From positions 69,006,001 to 69,070,000 of the forward strand of contig OX597827.1 in assembly GCA_951406725.2 (NCBI GenBank): DNA of 64,000 bases, given 5' to 3'. Positions 12,964 to 26,372 of this stretch are shown here, piece by piece. This DNA comes from Octopus vulgaris. Lineage: Eukaryota. The position numbers and the translations under genes are program-made. The notes under the pieces are model-generated. The model saw only the letters and a list, made by a program, of their open reading frames with translations, was not told where the DNA came from and made no database searches. Every line of letters begins with the position of its first letter. Within the stretch, counting starts at the first letter, position 1.

Positions 12964-13451
12964 CATACATACATACATACATACATACATGCATGCACTA
13001 TTGAAAGTCTAACAACTAAATGACACAGCTAGCTGCTGTTTTATAAATACACACGTGCCAGCCCAAGATTTGACAAACTTCCCTGATAACAAACACTCAT
13101 TGACAAAAACCACATCCAATGGTTTACACATATATACAAACCATGAACAAAACTGCCACTGTTGTGTGAAAGAAGCAGTAATATGCACCAGTAAACTTGT
13201 CAGACATGTTATTTAGAGTGAGGAAGGACTAAAGAGTGTGCAGGGCAAGGTGAATGGGTGAAAGTGGAATTGAAACAACTGTTTCAATAGCCATTCCTAT
13301 TTCATGTGGATAGACAAGAGCTTCCTGGAACTCCTGGAACACTTTGGAAGAGAGGAGACAGAGGAGACAAAGCAGACATCAGATGGTGAGAGGGAGAGGG
13401 TGAAAGATTGGAAAGAGAGGAAGAGAGAGAGAGATAAATCAGACTGTGAGA

Positions 13452-14560
13452 GAAATCACAGGGGAAGAGAAATCACAGGGGAAGAGTAATCACAGGGGAA
13501 GAGTAATCACAGGGGGAGAGTAATCACAGGGGGAGAGTAATCACAGGGGGAGAGAGAGAGAGATCACAGGAGGTAGAGAGAGAGATCATGGGGGTAGAGA
13601 GATCACAGGAGGGTAGAGAGATCACAGGAGGGTAGAGAGAGAGATCGCAGGGGGGTAGAGAGAGAGATCACAGGGGGATAGAGAGAGAGATCACAGGAGG
13701 GTAGAGAGAGAGATCGCAGGGGGGTAGAGAGAGAGATCACAGGGGGGTAGAGAGAGAGATCACAGGGGGGTAGAGAGAGAGATCACAGGGGGATAGAGAG
13801 AGAGATTGCAGGGGGATAGAGAGAGAGATTGCAGGGGGATAGAGAGAGAGATTGCAGGGGGATAGAGAGAGAGATCACAGGGGGTTGAGAGAGAGATCAC
13901 AGGGGGTAGAGAGAGAGATCACAGGGGGTAGAGAGAGAGATCACAGGGGTAGAGAGAGTGATCAAAGGGGGTAGAGAGAGAGATCACAGGGAGTAGAGAG
14001 AGAGATCACAGGGGGTAGAGAGAGAGATCACAGGGGGGTAGAGAGAGAGATCACAGGGGGGTAGAGAGAGAGATCACAGGGGGTAGAGAGAGAGATCACA
14101 GGGGGTAGAGAGAGAGATCACAGGGAGTAGAGAGAGAGATCACAGGGAGTAGAGAGAGAGATCACAGGGGGTAGAGAGAGTGATCACAGGGGGGGAGAGA
14201 GAGAGATCACAGGGGGTAGAGAGAGAGAGGTTACAGGGGGTAGAGAAAATGATCACGGGGGGTGCGTAGAGAGAGAGATTACAGGGGGTAGAGAGAATGA
14301 TCGATCACCGGAGGTAGAGAGAGTGATCACGGGGGAGAGACAGTGATCACAGGGGAAAGAGAGTGATCACAGAAGCAGAAGGGAGAGAGAAATCACAGGG
14401 AGAGGGAGAGAGAGTGATCACGGGGGAGAGACAGTGATCACAGGGGAAAGAGAGTGATCACAGGGGAAAGAGAGTGATCACAGGGGAAAGAGAGTGATCA
14501 CAGGAGCAGAAGGGAGAGAGAAATCACAGGGAGAGGGAGAGAAAGATCACAGGGGACGTG
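13452..14560. repeat. ~22-bp purine-rich minisatellite (GATCACAGGGGGTAGAGAGAGA)
   Basis: Dozens of tandem units, each with a G4-G7 run. Confidence 0.9.
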
Positions 14561-14987
14561 AAAGCAATGAGAGAAAGAGAGATCAGAGAGGGAGAGAATG
14601 AGACAAAAATCATAGCAAGAGAGAGAGAGAGAGAGAGAGAGATCAGAATGAGTGAAAGTGAGAAATCAAAGTGATGGACTGAGTGTTCAGTCAAGACTTT
14701 GTGACACACAGACAGACTCCTGATTAGTGATTGAAATGACTAATTGGATCTGGCTATAAACATACATACAGGAGGACTTTGGCACCAGGTGGTGGGCGGT
14801 TTGGAAAGTGGGGAGTTGGGGGAGTAACTTCCTCTAAGGAAGGACCGACAGCAGTTAACAAAAAGAAGGGGTGGGGTTTAATGTATATTTTATATTTAAT
14901 TCAGCCACCAGCCACCACCACCACCACCACCGCTCCATGTAATGACTGATATATTTAGCAAAATCCCAGTCAACATGTACATCTTGT

Positions 14988-16310
14988 GTGGTGGAGGTGT
15001 TGGTGATGGTGGTGGCTGTATTGGTGATTGCAGTTGTGGTGGTGGTTGTGATGGTGATTGTGATGGTGGTAGTGATGATGATGGTGGTGGGTGGTGATGG
15101 TGATGGTGGTGGGTGGTGATGGTGGTGATGGTGGTGATGGTGAGTGGTGGTGATGGTGGTGGTGGTGGTGATGGTGATCGTGATGGTGATGACGGTTGTG
15201 ATGGCAGTGGTGATTGGTGGTGGCGATTGTGATGGTGATGACGGTTGTGATGGCAGTGGTGATGATGGTTGTGATGGTGATGGTGGTGGTGATCGTGATG
15301 GTGATGACGGTTGTGATGGCAGTGGTGATGGTGGTGGCGATTGTGATGGTGATGACGGTTGTGATGGCAGTGGTGATGATGGTTGTGGTGGTGGTGGGTG
15401 GTGGTGGTGATCGTGATGGTGATGACGGTTGTGATGGCAGTGGTGATGATGGTTGTGATGGTGGTGGTGGTGGTGGTGGTGGTGGTGGTGATCGTGATGG
15501 TGATGACGGTTGTGATGGCAGTGGTGATGATGGTTGTGATGGTGGTGGTGGTGGTGGTGGTGGTGGTGGTGGTGGTGATCATGATGGTGATGACGGTTGT
15601 GATGGCAGTGGTGGTGGTGGGGATGGTGGTGGTGGTGATCGTGATGGTGATGACGGTTGTGATGACAGTGGTGATGGTGGTGGTGATGGTGATGACAGTT
15701 GTGATGGCAGTGGTGATGATGGTAGTGGTGGTGGTTGTGATGGTGGTGGTGGTGGTGGTGATCATGATGGTGATGACGGTTGTGATGGCAGTGGTGATGG
15801 TGGTGGCGATTGTGATGGTGATGACGCTTGTGATGGCAGTGGTGATGATGGTAGTGATGGTGGTGATTGTGATGGGTGGTGGTGGTGGTGGTGGTGGTGA
15901 TCGTGATGGTGATGACGGTTGTGATGACAGTGGTGATGGTGGTGGCGATTGTGATGGTGATGACAGTTGTGATGGCAGTGGTGATGATGGTAGTGATGGT
16001 GGTGGTTGTGATGGTGGTGGTGGTGGTGGTGGTGGTGGTGATCGTGATGGTGATGACGGTTGTGATGGCAGTGGTGATGGTGGTGGCGATTGTGATGGTG
16101 ATGATGGTTGTGATGGCAGTGGTAATGGTGGTAGTGATGGCAGTGGTGATGGCAGTAGTGATGGTGGTGGTGATGGTGGTGGTGGTGGTTGTGATGATGG
16201 TGGTGATCATGGTGGTGATGGTTGTGATGGTAATTGTAGGTATGGTGGCGGTGATAATGGTGATGGTAGTGTGGTGGTGGTGGTGATAGTCGTGGGACAT
16301 GGTAGTGATG
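14988..16310. repeat. Cryptic GGT/GAT triplet repeat with higher-order unit (GATGGTGATGACGGTTGTGATGGCAGTGGT)
   Basis: Triplet-periodic low complexity. It gives the poly-H/T/V/G ORFs on both strands. Confidence 0.9.
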
Positions 16311-16559
16311 CATGATCAGTGATGTAGCATGGGGTTGTGCAGGCAGTGTAGTATGTGTATGTGTTTGGCGAGAAGTGAGAGAAGAAAAGCTCAATGTATT
16401 TGGTGATCAGCACTTGACACTATATTTAGGTTGGAATACTTTATGGAAAATGAGTTGTCAACACTTCAAATAATTACATGATTACTTATAAACATATATA
16501 TAGATACATTAATCATTTACACACACAAAGCCCTTGACATTCAAGCAAGCACTAATATA

Positions 16560-16611
<52 letters not shown>

Positions 16612-16619
16612 CTTATATA

Positions 16620-16650
<31 letters not shown>

Positions 16651-16870
16651 TATATAATATATATATCTATGTATATATATGTATGTGTCTATGTATGTAT
16701 ATAAATATGTATATATGTGTGTATATGTATGTATATATGTGTGTATATATATATATACACACACACACGTGTGTGTATACATGTGTGTATATATATATAT
16801 ATATATATACACACACATGTATACACACACACATGTATGTGTATATATATAGAGAGAGAGAGAGAGAGAG
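16560..16870. repeat. (GT)n/(TA)n/(GA)n compound microsatellite
   Basis: Visible dinucleotide runs. Confidence 0.9.
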
Positions 16871-17217
16871 CTGTCTAAGAATCTAGTTATCTTTTGGGAT
16901 TGTCATTTTTCTTTTTTTTCTTTTTTAAATACATGCACTATACACTTGTCCTTCACTCATTTGTACATCTGTAACCTCTTCAGCGACTCTTCTATCCAAC
17001 CTGTATTGAGTGAAGAGCGAATATATAGTGCCATGTGTTTATTTGACAAAAAAAAAAATGACCATTCAGAAATCTAACAATATTTGTTTCAACACACAAT
17101 TTCACATCAAGAATCTTACAAAACAAATTCATAAACATAATTCTGTAAGAATCCCTAAGCCAGAAAAATATGCACTCATATTTGTTGACAGAATGGGTAT
17201 ATATTAATCGAAGTCAG

Positions 17218-17740
17218 CATCATCATCATCATCGTTTAATGTCTGCTTTCTATGTTGGCATGGGTTGGACGGTTTGACTGAGGACTGGCAAGCCAGAAGG
17301 CTGCACCAGGCTCCAATCTGATCTTACTTCTTTATTGCCCACAAGGGGCTGAACATAGAGGGGACAAACAAGGACAGACAAAGGTATTAAGTCGATTACA
17401 TCGACCCCAGTACGTAACTGGTACTTAATTTATCGACCCCCCAAAAGGATGAAAGGCAAAGTCCACCTTGGCGGAATTTGAACTCAGATCATAACGGGGC
17501 TAAACGTAGAGGGGACAAACAAGGACAGACAAAGGTATTAAGTCAATTACATCGACCCCAGTACGTAACAGTTACTTAATTTATCAACCCCCAAAAGGAT
17601 GAAAGGCACAAGTCGACCTTGGCGGAATTTGAACTCAGATCATAACGGCAGATGAAATATCACTAAGCATTTCGCCCGGCGTGCTAACGTTTCTGCCAGG
17701 TCACCACCTGGCAGAGTTTCTTCAGCTGGATGCCCTTCGA
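17218..17740 (-). mobile_element. Family C repeat ((GAT)n tail) interrupted by a partly duplicated SINE B
   Basis: Family C sequence ...CCAATCTGATCT breaks at ~17324 and resumes as CTGGCAGAGTTTC at ~17708. The insert is SINE B on the minus strand with an internal duplication. Confidence 0.75.
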
Positions 17741-18034
17741 AGTGTACAGTATTTTATATATCAGCTGTAATATACAGTATTATATAGATCAGTTTCAATT
17801 AAAATACTGATATGACATACGCCTTCTCGTCGTCACTCTTATATCTGAACTGTTATAATATCAAACGTTTCTGATGTTCTCTTATTACTCTCCAACTGTG
17901 TATCCTCAACAAGCATTCCACAATATCTCTATTCAATAATTCCTACAACCTGTACACTATATGACTGTGCATATGACATTCTTCTCAGACTGTTCCACAC
18001 ATGCTCATTTATACTAACTAGTATAGTTCACTTT

Positions 18035-18340
18035 GGAGGCGCAACGGCCCAGTGGTTAGGGCAGTGGACTCGCGGTCGGAGGATCACGGTTTCAATTCCC
18101 AGACCGGGCTTTGTGTGTGTTTATTGAGCAAAAACACCTAAAAGCTCCACAAGGCTCCGGCAGGGAGTGGTGGTGACCCCTGTTGTACTCTTTCACCACA
18201 ACTTTCTCTCACTCCCTCTTGCTGTTTCTTGAGTAACACTGCAATGGACTGGCGTCCTGTCCGGCAGGGAGGAACATATACGCCACAGAAACCGGGAAAC
18301 AGGGCCCATGAGCTGGCTAGGCTTGAAAAGGGCGACGTTT
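18035..18340 (+). mobile_element. tRNA-derived SINE (distinct family)
   Basis: GGCCCAGTGGTTAGGGCAG (A box) ... GGTTTCAATTCCC (B box) head, then a non-tRNA body. Confidence 0.7.
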
Positions 18341-18547
18341 ATCGTTTTATAGTTCACTTAGCCAATCATGGGTGTGTACAGATCCCATAAATGCCCTTTG
18401 CGTCACCCTACACTTATTTCCCAAATAAGATAATATTGCCCCTTGACCAGACATGTTTGCACAGAAGGCTAAGAATGAAGAACACTGCTTGTATGACAGT
18501 GGCACTTGTCTACAACTATCATATGATGCCAAGACGAAGTGATATTA

Positions 18548-18578
<31 letters not shown>

Positions 18579-20807
18579 TAGCCTTGGCATGTGTGTGTGT
18601 GTGTGTGTGTGTTTATCTGTCTTCCACTTTACTGCTTGAAGAATGATGTTTGTTTACATCTTTGTAACTTAGCAGTTCAACAAAACAGAGCAGAGCAAGA
18701 GAAAAAGTACCAGGCTTAAAAAAAAAAAACAAGAAAAAATAATAGGTATCAGGGTCAGTTTGTTCAATTAAAACCCTTCATGGTGGGGCCCAAGCATGGC
18801 CAGGGTCCAATGACAGAAACAAGTAAAAAGGCGAGACATACATACAGATATTTATACAGCGACACACAGACAGACAGACATACACAGGTGTATGTGTCGT
18901 GTGTGTGTGTGTGTGTGAGGTGGTGTGTTTGTGTGAGGTGGTGTGTTTGTGTGAGTGTGTGTCGTGTGTGTGTGTGTGTGTGTGTGAGGTGGTGTGTGTG
19001 TGAGGTGGTGGTGTGTGTGTGTGAGGTGGTGTGTGTGTGTGTGTGAGAGGTGGTGCGTGCGTGTGTTTTGTGTGTGTTGTGGCTTTCTGCCCAGTTACCG
19101 TGTACCAAATTCCATTCACAAGGAAGTAATCTACAGAACACTTACAGAATAGAAGACACTTGCCCAAGGTGCCACCCATCGGAACAGAACCCAAGACAAG
19201 GCAATTGTGAAACAAAACTTCTGGGCCAAGAATGATGTGCCAGCACATAAATAATATATAGGCATGGCCCTCTAGTTGAGAAGTTCTAGCATGCATAAAC
19301 AAACACACATGTGTGTGCACAAACATGTACTTACGTATGTATGTATGCGTCCACATGTTTATGCATATATACCACACCCCATGACAAGAGCTTGTGCCCA
19401 TGTAACAGGTAGAGAGAGGGAGGGGAGTACTGTTTATAGCTGGTACATGTGGGGGGGAGATAGAAGGGCAGCAGGTGATAGGAGAGGAGAAATAGGTTAA
19501 CGAGAAAGAGGAAATAAGAGTGAATGCCAAGTAACCAATGGCAAAGAAAGATGGGAGGGTGGGGCGGAGAGAGAGAATGAAACTGAGAAAAACTAAGACA
19601 GTGTGTGTGTGTGTGTGTGTGTGAATGGAGATGAAGAAAGGAAATAATAAAAGTTAGGGAACTATCAGAAAAATAAAGGAGAAAATATTGAATAGGATGT
19701 TTGCATAAGGAATGGTAAGGTGTGGTTAGTAAGAAAGTGATGAGATGAGGCAAAAAAAACTGAAATAGGGGGATGGCAGGGAAGTGAATTAAAGAGTGGC
19801 TGTGGCAATGGTGGCGAGGAAGCAACTTGGTTGTGGTGGTGGGGAGGAGGAGGGAAAAGTAAAATAGAAGAGGAGGGGGAGATGGCTGTTCTGTCCCAGT
19901 CTCTCCCACCCCTGACTCACAATGTCCTAGATAGATATGTTCAAAGAGCTCATGAATATTACTCACAAATAGCAGTCCCTTCAGAGAGATGCCCCGACCT
20001 TGTTTTTGTAACAACCATAAAAGCCCACAAGGGAAGCCTCTATGTAGTCAGTCAATCTGCTAAAAAGAGCAGTGGAAAAAATCTCAAATCACACCATACT
20101 GTCTTCAAAGAGCAAAAGACATATTGGCCAGAGAGAGTCTCAACACCACTGCTCAACTTAGTAGCAGAGAAAGTAGCAGAATGCCCTCAAATCACATCAC
20201 ACAATAATAAAAACAGGAAGGTCACAGAGGTAAGAGAGAATCTCAACACAGCTGCATAAGTTGCAAGAAATAGCAGCTAAATGCCTTCAGCTGTAACACA
20301 TTGAAGAATATAAACAAATAAATTAGGGATCATATTGAAGTGCAATCTTAACCCTTTAGCATTCAATTTACCCTATTCTTTTGTTACTTGTTTCAATCAT
20401 TTGACTGCAGCCATGCTGGAGCACCTCCTTTAGTTGAACAAATTGACCCCAGGAATTATTCTTTGTAAGTCTAGTACTTATTCTATTGATCTTTTGCCGA
20501 ACCATATATATAATAAATTAAAAAAGGTAGCATGTGAGGCAAAATCTTGTAAGCTGTCTGACACACTTCCTTGAATCTCAATTGGAGACTACCAATATTT
20601 CAAGAGCCATCCACTAGTTGCAAGAGGAGAGCATTCTGTGGAAGTCTGTTATCGCTGCCAAGTTTGGCAGTGTAGCTAGTCCAATGGAGATTTCTTTGAA
20701 ATCAAATAAATGGTGCATGGATTGAAAGTTTGCCTTCTTGAAGACTTCGGAGCCTGAGATATTGATGTTCATGATAATTGTGCACACTTTAATTATAGAA
20801 AGATTAA

Positions 20808-21028
20808 CCCTTTCGTTACTGTATTTATTTGGAGATGCTCCACATTTCTTTAATTTACTTCAAATATAACAAAGAATTTAGTGAAATAACTTAGTTATCA
20901 TTCAGCTAGTGTTAGGAACATAAATTGTGACTAAGGTTTGGTGGAAGATTTTAATTCAAAACTTATGAAAGCAAGACATTTGTACTACAGAACCAGAGCC
21001 GGTTTCAGCCAGGTTGGTAACGAAAGGG
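20808..21028. mobile_element. piggyBac-type MITE family 1
   Basis: TTAA|CCCTTTCGTTAC ... GTAACGAAAGGG|TTAA, i.e. a TTAA target-site duplication with CCC-starting TIRs. Confidence 0.85.
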
Positions 21029-21769
21029 TTAAGCAGAAACAAACCTGGAATTACTGATACTATTATTATTCTATTATTCAGACAACTGCAGGCTCACTGC
21101 ACAAGAGTGGGGGACATCGCCTGAGAATAAAGGACACCAGACAAGTACAGGATACAACAAATAAACACTGTGGACTTTGGAGGAAAGCAAAGGGCACCAG
21201 GTGGGTGCAGGTAACACTAAACAAGTGCAAGGAGACCAGAGGAATGAGAAGACACCAGAGGCCAAATAGGGGAGGGGTCACCAGTTCCTAGAAGGAGTGA
21301 TTTCTACAGTGCCACAGAGACCCCAAGTGTTAAAGGAAATGGATTCACACAATGTTGTATAATATAGTTTAATAATGTGCAATATAGTATAACATTGTGT
21401 ACTACAGTATAACAGTGAAATACAGTATATCTGTAATATAGTAAAAAAATTGTTTAACATACAATAACAATATGTAATATAGTAATATAGTATAATACTG
21501 ATTTCAAATTTTGGCACAGGGCCAGTAATTTTTTTCGGGCAGGATGGTTTAAGTCAATTACATCAACCCCAGTGCTCAACTGGTACTTGTTTCATCAACC
21601 CCAAAAGGATGAAAGATAAAATTGACCTTGGTGAAATTTTGAACTCCAAACATTAAGACAGACAACATGCTGCTAGGCCCTTTTGCCCAGCATTATAACT
21701 ATTCTGCTAACTATTCTGCCAGCTTGCAGTATAAGCAGTAAAAGCACTAGCTTGCAGTATAAGCAGTAA

Positions 21770-22176
21770 AAGCACCATCCGTTCGTGTCCGTTGCCAGCC
21801 TCGCCTGGCCCCCGTGCCGGTGGCACGTAGCACCATCCGTTTGTGGCGGTTGCCAGCCTCGGCTGGCCCCCATGCCGGTGGCACGTAGCACCATCCGTTT
21901 GTGGCCGTTGCCAGCCTCGCCTGGCACCCGTGCCGGTGGCACGTAAAAAGCACCATCCGTCCGTGGCCGTTTGCCAGCTCCGTCTGGCACCTATGCGGGT
22001 GGCACGTAAAAAGCACCCACTACACTCACGGAGTGGTTGGCGTTAGGAAGGGCATCCAGTCGTAGAAACACTGCCAGATCAGACTGGGCCTGGTGCAGCC
22101 TTCTGGCTTCACAGACCCCAGTTGAACCGTCCAACCCATGCTAGCATGGAAAGCGAACACTAAATGATGATGATGA
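21770..22176 (+). mobile_element. Family C retroposon (RTE-associated SINE or LINE 3' end) with internal tandem repeats and (GAT)n tail
   Basis: Repeated CCGTGCCGGTGGCACGTA units, then GGTTGGCGTTAGGAAGGGCATCC, then a GATGATGAT tail. Confidence 0.75.
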
Positions 22177-22548
22177 TTTCAGTACACAGCCTTATATGAT
22201 ATTGCTTAACATACTTGGCTACACAAGACTACCATATAGAGCTCTGCAGCCTAATGGCCATGCAGCAAAGTTGCTATACAGCAGAGCATTGTGCAACAAA
22301 CACTGTGCAGTACAGCATAATGCTGTGTACCACAGATTTGCATAGTGGTGCATTATCTAGCAAATCATAGTGCAGTATAGGTCTGTGTAGGATATAGAAG
22401 TGTACAGTGCAGCATTGAAATAGTATAGTGTATATAAAAGTGCGTAGAAAACTGAATCACGTAGATTTGTGTAGTATATATCGTTAACCCCAGATTAACC
22501 TTGATCCGGCAGACACCTATGATCAAAAGGGCTTTGCAGCCATACTCT

Positions 22549-22981
22549 CTCTTTACTCTTTTACTTGTTTCAGTCATTTGTCTGTGGCCATGCTGGAGCA
22601 CCGCCTTTAGTCAAGCAAATCGACCCCAGGACTTATTCTTTGTAAGCCTAGTACTTATTCTATCAGTCTCTCTTGCCGAACCGCTAAGTTACGGGGACGT
22701 AAACACACCAGCATCAGTTGTCAAGCAATGTTGGGGGGGACAAACACAGACACACAAACATATACACACACATACATACATACATACATATATATATATA
22801 TATACACACACATACATATAGACAACATGCTTCTTTCAGTTTCTGTCTACCAAATCCACTCACAAGGGTTTAGTCAGCCCGAGGCTATAGTAGAAGACAC
22901 TTGCCCAAGGTGCCATGCAGTGGGGCTGAACTCAGAACCATGTGGTTGGTAAGCAAGCTATTTACCACACAGCCACTCCTA
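22549..22981 (-). mobile_element. Full-length SINE family A
   Basis: Reverse complement of the 43068-43462 copy, with the internal (TA/TG)n. Confidence 0.85.
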
Positions 22982-23417
22982 CGCCATGACAATCTTTTTT
23001 TTTTTCAACCCTTTTCCTGTCCTGTATATGAGGTGGTACACAAAGCAGACTCCCTTCATGTCACTGCATTATATATGATACTCATATGCAATTTTGCCCG
23101 TCCTGTACATCATATAGTACACAGGGTATATTTCCCTGGCATTCATAGATCATATATGATGCTTGGTCCTGATTTTGCTTAACTTGTGCATCACGTGATA
23201 TGCAGGACATATTTCCCCTGGTGTCCATGCATCATATATGATATACAATTCCAGTTTCCTTTTTCCAACCACTAAAGTAAGTTGGGATTTATGAAATGAA
23301 AACTTTATATCCCTCAGAATGTATGAAAGAAGGGCTAACTAAAAGTTTGAAAACAAGCATGGACATTTAGGACAGACTCATGAAAATGCTTTGGACAGGC
23401 AAAGAGTTAAGGATATG

Positions 23418-23625
23418 AAGGTGGCGAGCTGGCGGAAGCGTTAGCACGCTGGGCGAAATACTTGGCAGTATTTCGTCAGCTGTTACGTTCTGAGTTCAAA
23501 TTCCGACGAGGTCGACTTTGCCTTTCATCCTTTTGGGGTCGATAAATAAAGTACCAGTTACGCACTGGGGTCGATATAATCGACTTAATCCGTTTGTCTG
23601 TCCTTGTTTGTCCTCTCTGTGTTTA
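23418..23625 (+). mobile_element. SINE family B
   Basis: AAGGTGGCGAGCTGGCGGAAGCGTTAGCACG... and the conserved core. Confidence 0.85.
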
Positions 23626-24004
23626 TCTGACATTATCTGGTATGTCTTTTGCTTCCGAAAGATGTGATTTGAAAGAAACTGGCTGCTATTTCTAGCAGGT
23701 GGAGCAAACATGTAGAAGCTCCACCTAATAGCATATGAAATGCAGGTAAAGCATAGCATAGCATAGCACAGCTTTGAAACAAAAACATCAAACAGATTAG
23801 TTTCATTCCAGGAGTATTCAGGGATCGTTTTTCTCTCCCTTAATTTCACAACAACTAAATACATATCCATATGGCTCCAAATACATATTTATTCATAACC
23901 CATACTGAATCGATTACTCTAGCAAATAGCATAGCATAGCATAGCCTAGCACAGAGCAGCACACAGTGAGTTGTAGCATATTGTAGCACAGAGACGATTT
24001 TCAA

Positions 24005-24650
24005 TCATCATCATCATTATCATTTAACGTCCGCTTCCCATGCTAGCATGGGTTGGACGATTTGACTGAGGACTGGCGAACCAGATGGCTGCGCTAGGCT
24101 TCAATCTGATCTGGCAGAGTTTCTACACTCTGAGAGTGTAGTGGGTGCTTTTACATACCACCGGCACGAGGGCCAGTTTGGTGGTACTGGCAACGGCCAT
24201 GCTCAAATGGTGTTTTTTACCTGCACAGGAGTCAGTCCAGCGGCACTGGCAACGACCTCGCTCGAATGTTTTGTTCACGTGCCACCGGCACAAGTGCCAG
24301 TAAGGCGACGCTGGTAACAATCAACGCTCAAATGGTGCTTTTTACGTGCCACTGGCACAGAAGCCAGACAGCTGTTCTAGCAGTGATCCTGCTCAGATGG
24401 AGCTGTTAGCGCTCCACTGGCACGGGTGCCAGTGATCAAATTTGGTTCAATTTCGATTTCACTTGCCCCAACAGGTCTTCACAAGCAGAGTTTAGTGTCC
24501 AATGAAGGGAGGTTGGCATGGGTGCCAGTCATCAAATTTGGCTCGATTTTGAATTCAATTTCGATTTCTCTTGCCTCAACAGGTCTTCGCAAGCAGAGTT
24601 TTGTGTCCAAAGAAGGAAAGGTATGCATAAGTGGGCTGGCTACATCCCTG
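24005..24650 (-). mobile_element. Family C retroposon, long copy
   Basis: (CAT)n followed by TTTAACGTCCGCTTCCCATGCTAGCATGGGTTGGAC and internal GTGCCACCGGCAC repeats. Confidence 0.7.
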
Positions 24651-24995
24651 GTAAAGGCCACAAGGATTGGATTGGCCCATGGCTATGGTAGAGAACACTT
24701 GCCTAAGATGTCATGCAATGAAACTGAACCTGGGACCATGTGGTTGGGAAGCAAACGTCTTACAAGACAACCATGCCTAAGCCTATCGTCATACTGCAGT
24801 ACATTTCACTCCACATTCAGGGTTCAAATCAAGTCAGAGTTGGCTCTTCATCCAATATTGTTTCTAATACAGAACAAGGCCAAAAGTCTTGGGAAAAGAG
24901 GTTAGTTGATTAAATCAACTATTGCTTCTACTATGGTCCCTGGCCAACCAATGCCTTGAGTGAATTTAGTAGATGGAAACTGTGTGGAAGCATAC

Positions 24996-25040
<45 letters not shown>

Positions 25041-25250
25041 ATTTGTGCTGCACTACAACTTCGCAACAGGTGTTGGTTTGTTTACATCCCAGTAACTTAG
25101 TTATTTTGTTGGCCTCTTTTATCCAAGTCACTATCAAGCAAAGCACAAAATAAATAGTGGAATCAATGTGTTCGACTAAACCCCTCAAGACAGTGCCCCA
25201 GCATGGCCACAGCCTAATGACTCAAACAAGATGATAGACAAGATATATGT

Positions 25251-25296
<46 letters not shown>

Positions 25297-25752
25297 GACA
25301 GACAGATACATACATACATACATACACACGCGCATATTGATTCACTTACAACACACTGAACCACTATACACAATCATCATCATCAGCAGCAGCAGCAACA
25401 TCATTAGTACAATCCAGCAACACACTTGAACATTTGATGTCTGATGCGGATACAGACAAGAGTGGGAAGAGGAAGAATTCTGTAAATCTGGATTAGTAAA
25501 TATAGATTTAGATTAGTGACGAGTCAGCTAGTAATTCACAACACAGACACCAAATAGTAATTAGGAAAATATATATAGCAACATCTAACAGACTGGTCAA
25601 TACAGTGATTTTATTTATATATATACATACACATATATATCACTGTATCGACCAGACTATTGGAGATGCAGGCCAACGTTCCCCATGGACGGAACATCAG
25701 TCTGTAGCAGGGTTAGCCCTTTGATGCTGAGCAGACAGAAACAGTGCAAAAT

Positions 25753-25990
25753 AAGGCGGCGAGTTGGCAGAAATGTTAGCATACCGGGCGACATGCTTAG
25801 CAGTATTTCATCTGCCGTTATGTTCTGAGTTCAAATTCCGCCGAGGTCACCTTTACCTTTCATCCTTTCGGGGTCGATTAAATACGTACCAATAATGCAA
25901 TGGGGTCGATGTAATCGACTTAATCCTTTTGTCTGTCCTTGTTTGTCCCCTCTATGTTTAGCCCCTTGTGGGCAATAAAGAAATAAGAAA
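25753..25990 (+). mobile_element. SINE family B, near full length
   Basis: Head AAGGCGGCGAGTTGGCAG, core, and CCCCTTGTGGGCAATAAAGAAAT tail. Confidence 0.85.
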
Positions 25991-26264
25991 CAATGCAAAA
26001 TGAAGACTTTTACTCAAGAACACAATGCACCGCCGATCCTGAGTGCAAAACCCTAACCACTAGGCCACACATCATTCTTTTCTACTCTAGACAAAAGGCC
26101 CGAAATTTTGGGGGAGGGGGCCAGTCAATTAGATCGACCCCAGTATACAACTGGTGCTTGATATATCAACCCTGAAAGGATGAAAGGCAAAGTCGACCAT
26201 GGCAGAATTTGAACTCAGAATGTAAAGACATCCAAAATACTGCTAAGCATTTCCAAACACACAC

Positions 26265-26372
26265 TCTATAAGTCCAATTCAAGGTCTGGCATAATTCAAT
26301 CCCAAAGTTTGGTGCCAACCCCTCCAGTATCTTCCACACATATAACACTGCATACTTCTCCTGTCTTCGATA
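26265..26372 (-). mobile_element. CR1/L2-group LINE ORF2 C-terminal fragment
   Basis: Translation YRRQEKYAVLYVWKILEGLAPNFGIE resembles the RRR.RY.IIY.WKILEG..PN motif at the end of CR1-like ORF2. Confidence 0.6.

Noticed and set aside
10534-13023. Long ORFs with LAHS/CSLIP/CMYV repeats
   Set aside because: These are translations of minisatellites that are open in several frames.
18035-18110. tRNA-like sequence (also at 29660 and the heads of SINE A and B)
   Set aside because: These have A/B boxes but no full cloverleaf and continue into SINE bodies, so they are not tRNA genes.
20600-20700. Peptide EESILWKSVIAAKFG resembling an L1/Tx1 LINE motif
   Set aside because: Short, flanked by stops and not supportable without a database search.
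21770-22020. Regularly spaced direct repeats that look superficially CRISPR-like
   Set aside because: Eukaryotic context, the spacers are similar to one another, and these are internal tandem repeats of family C.
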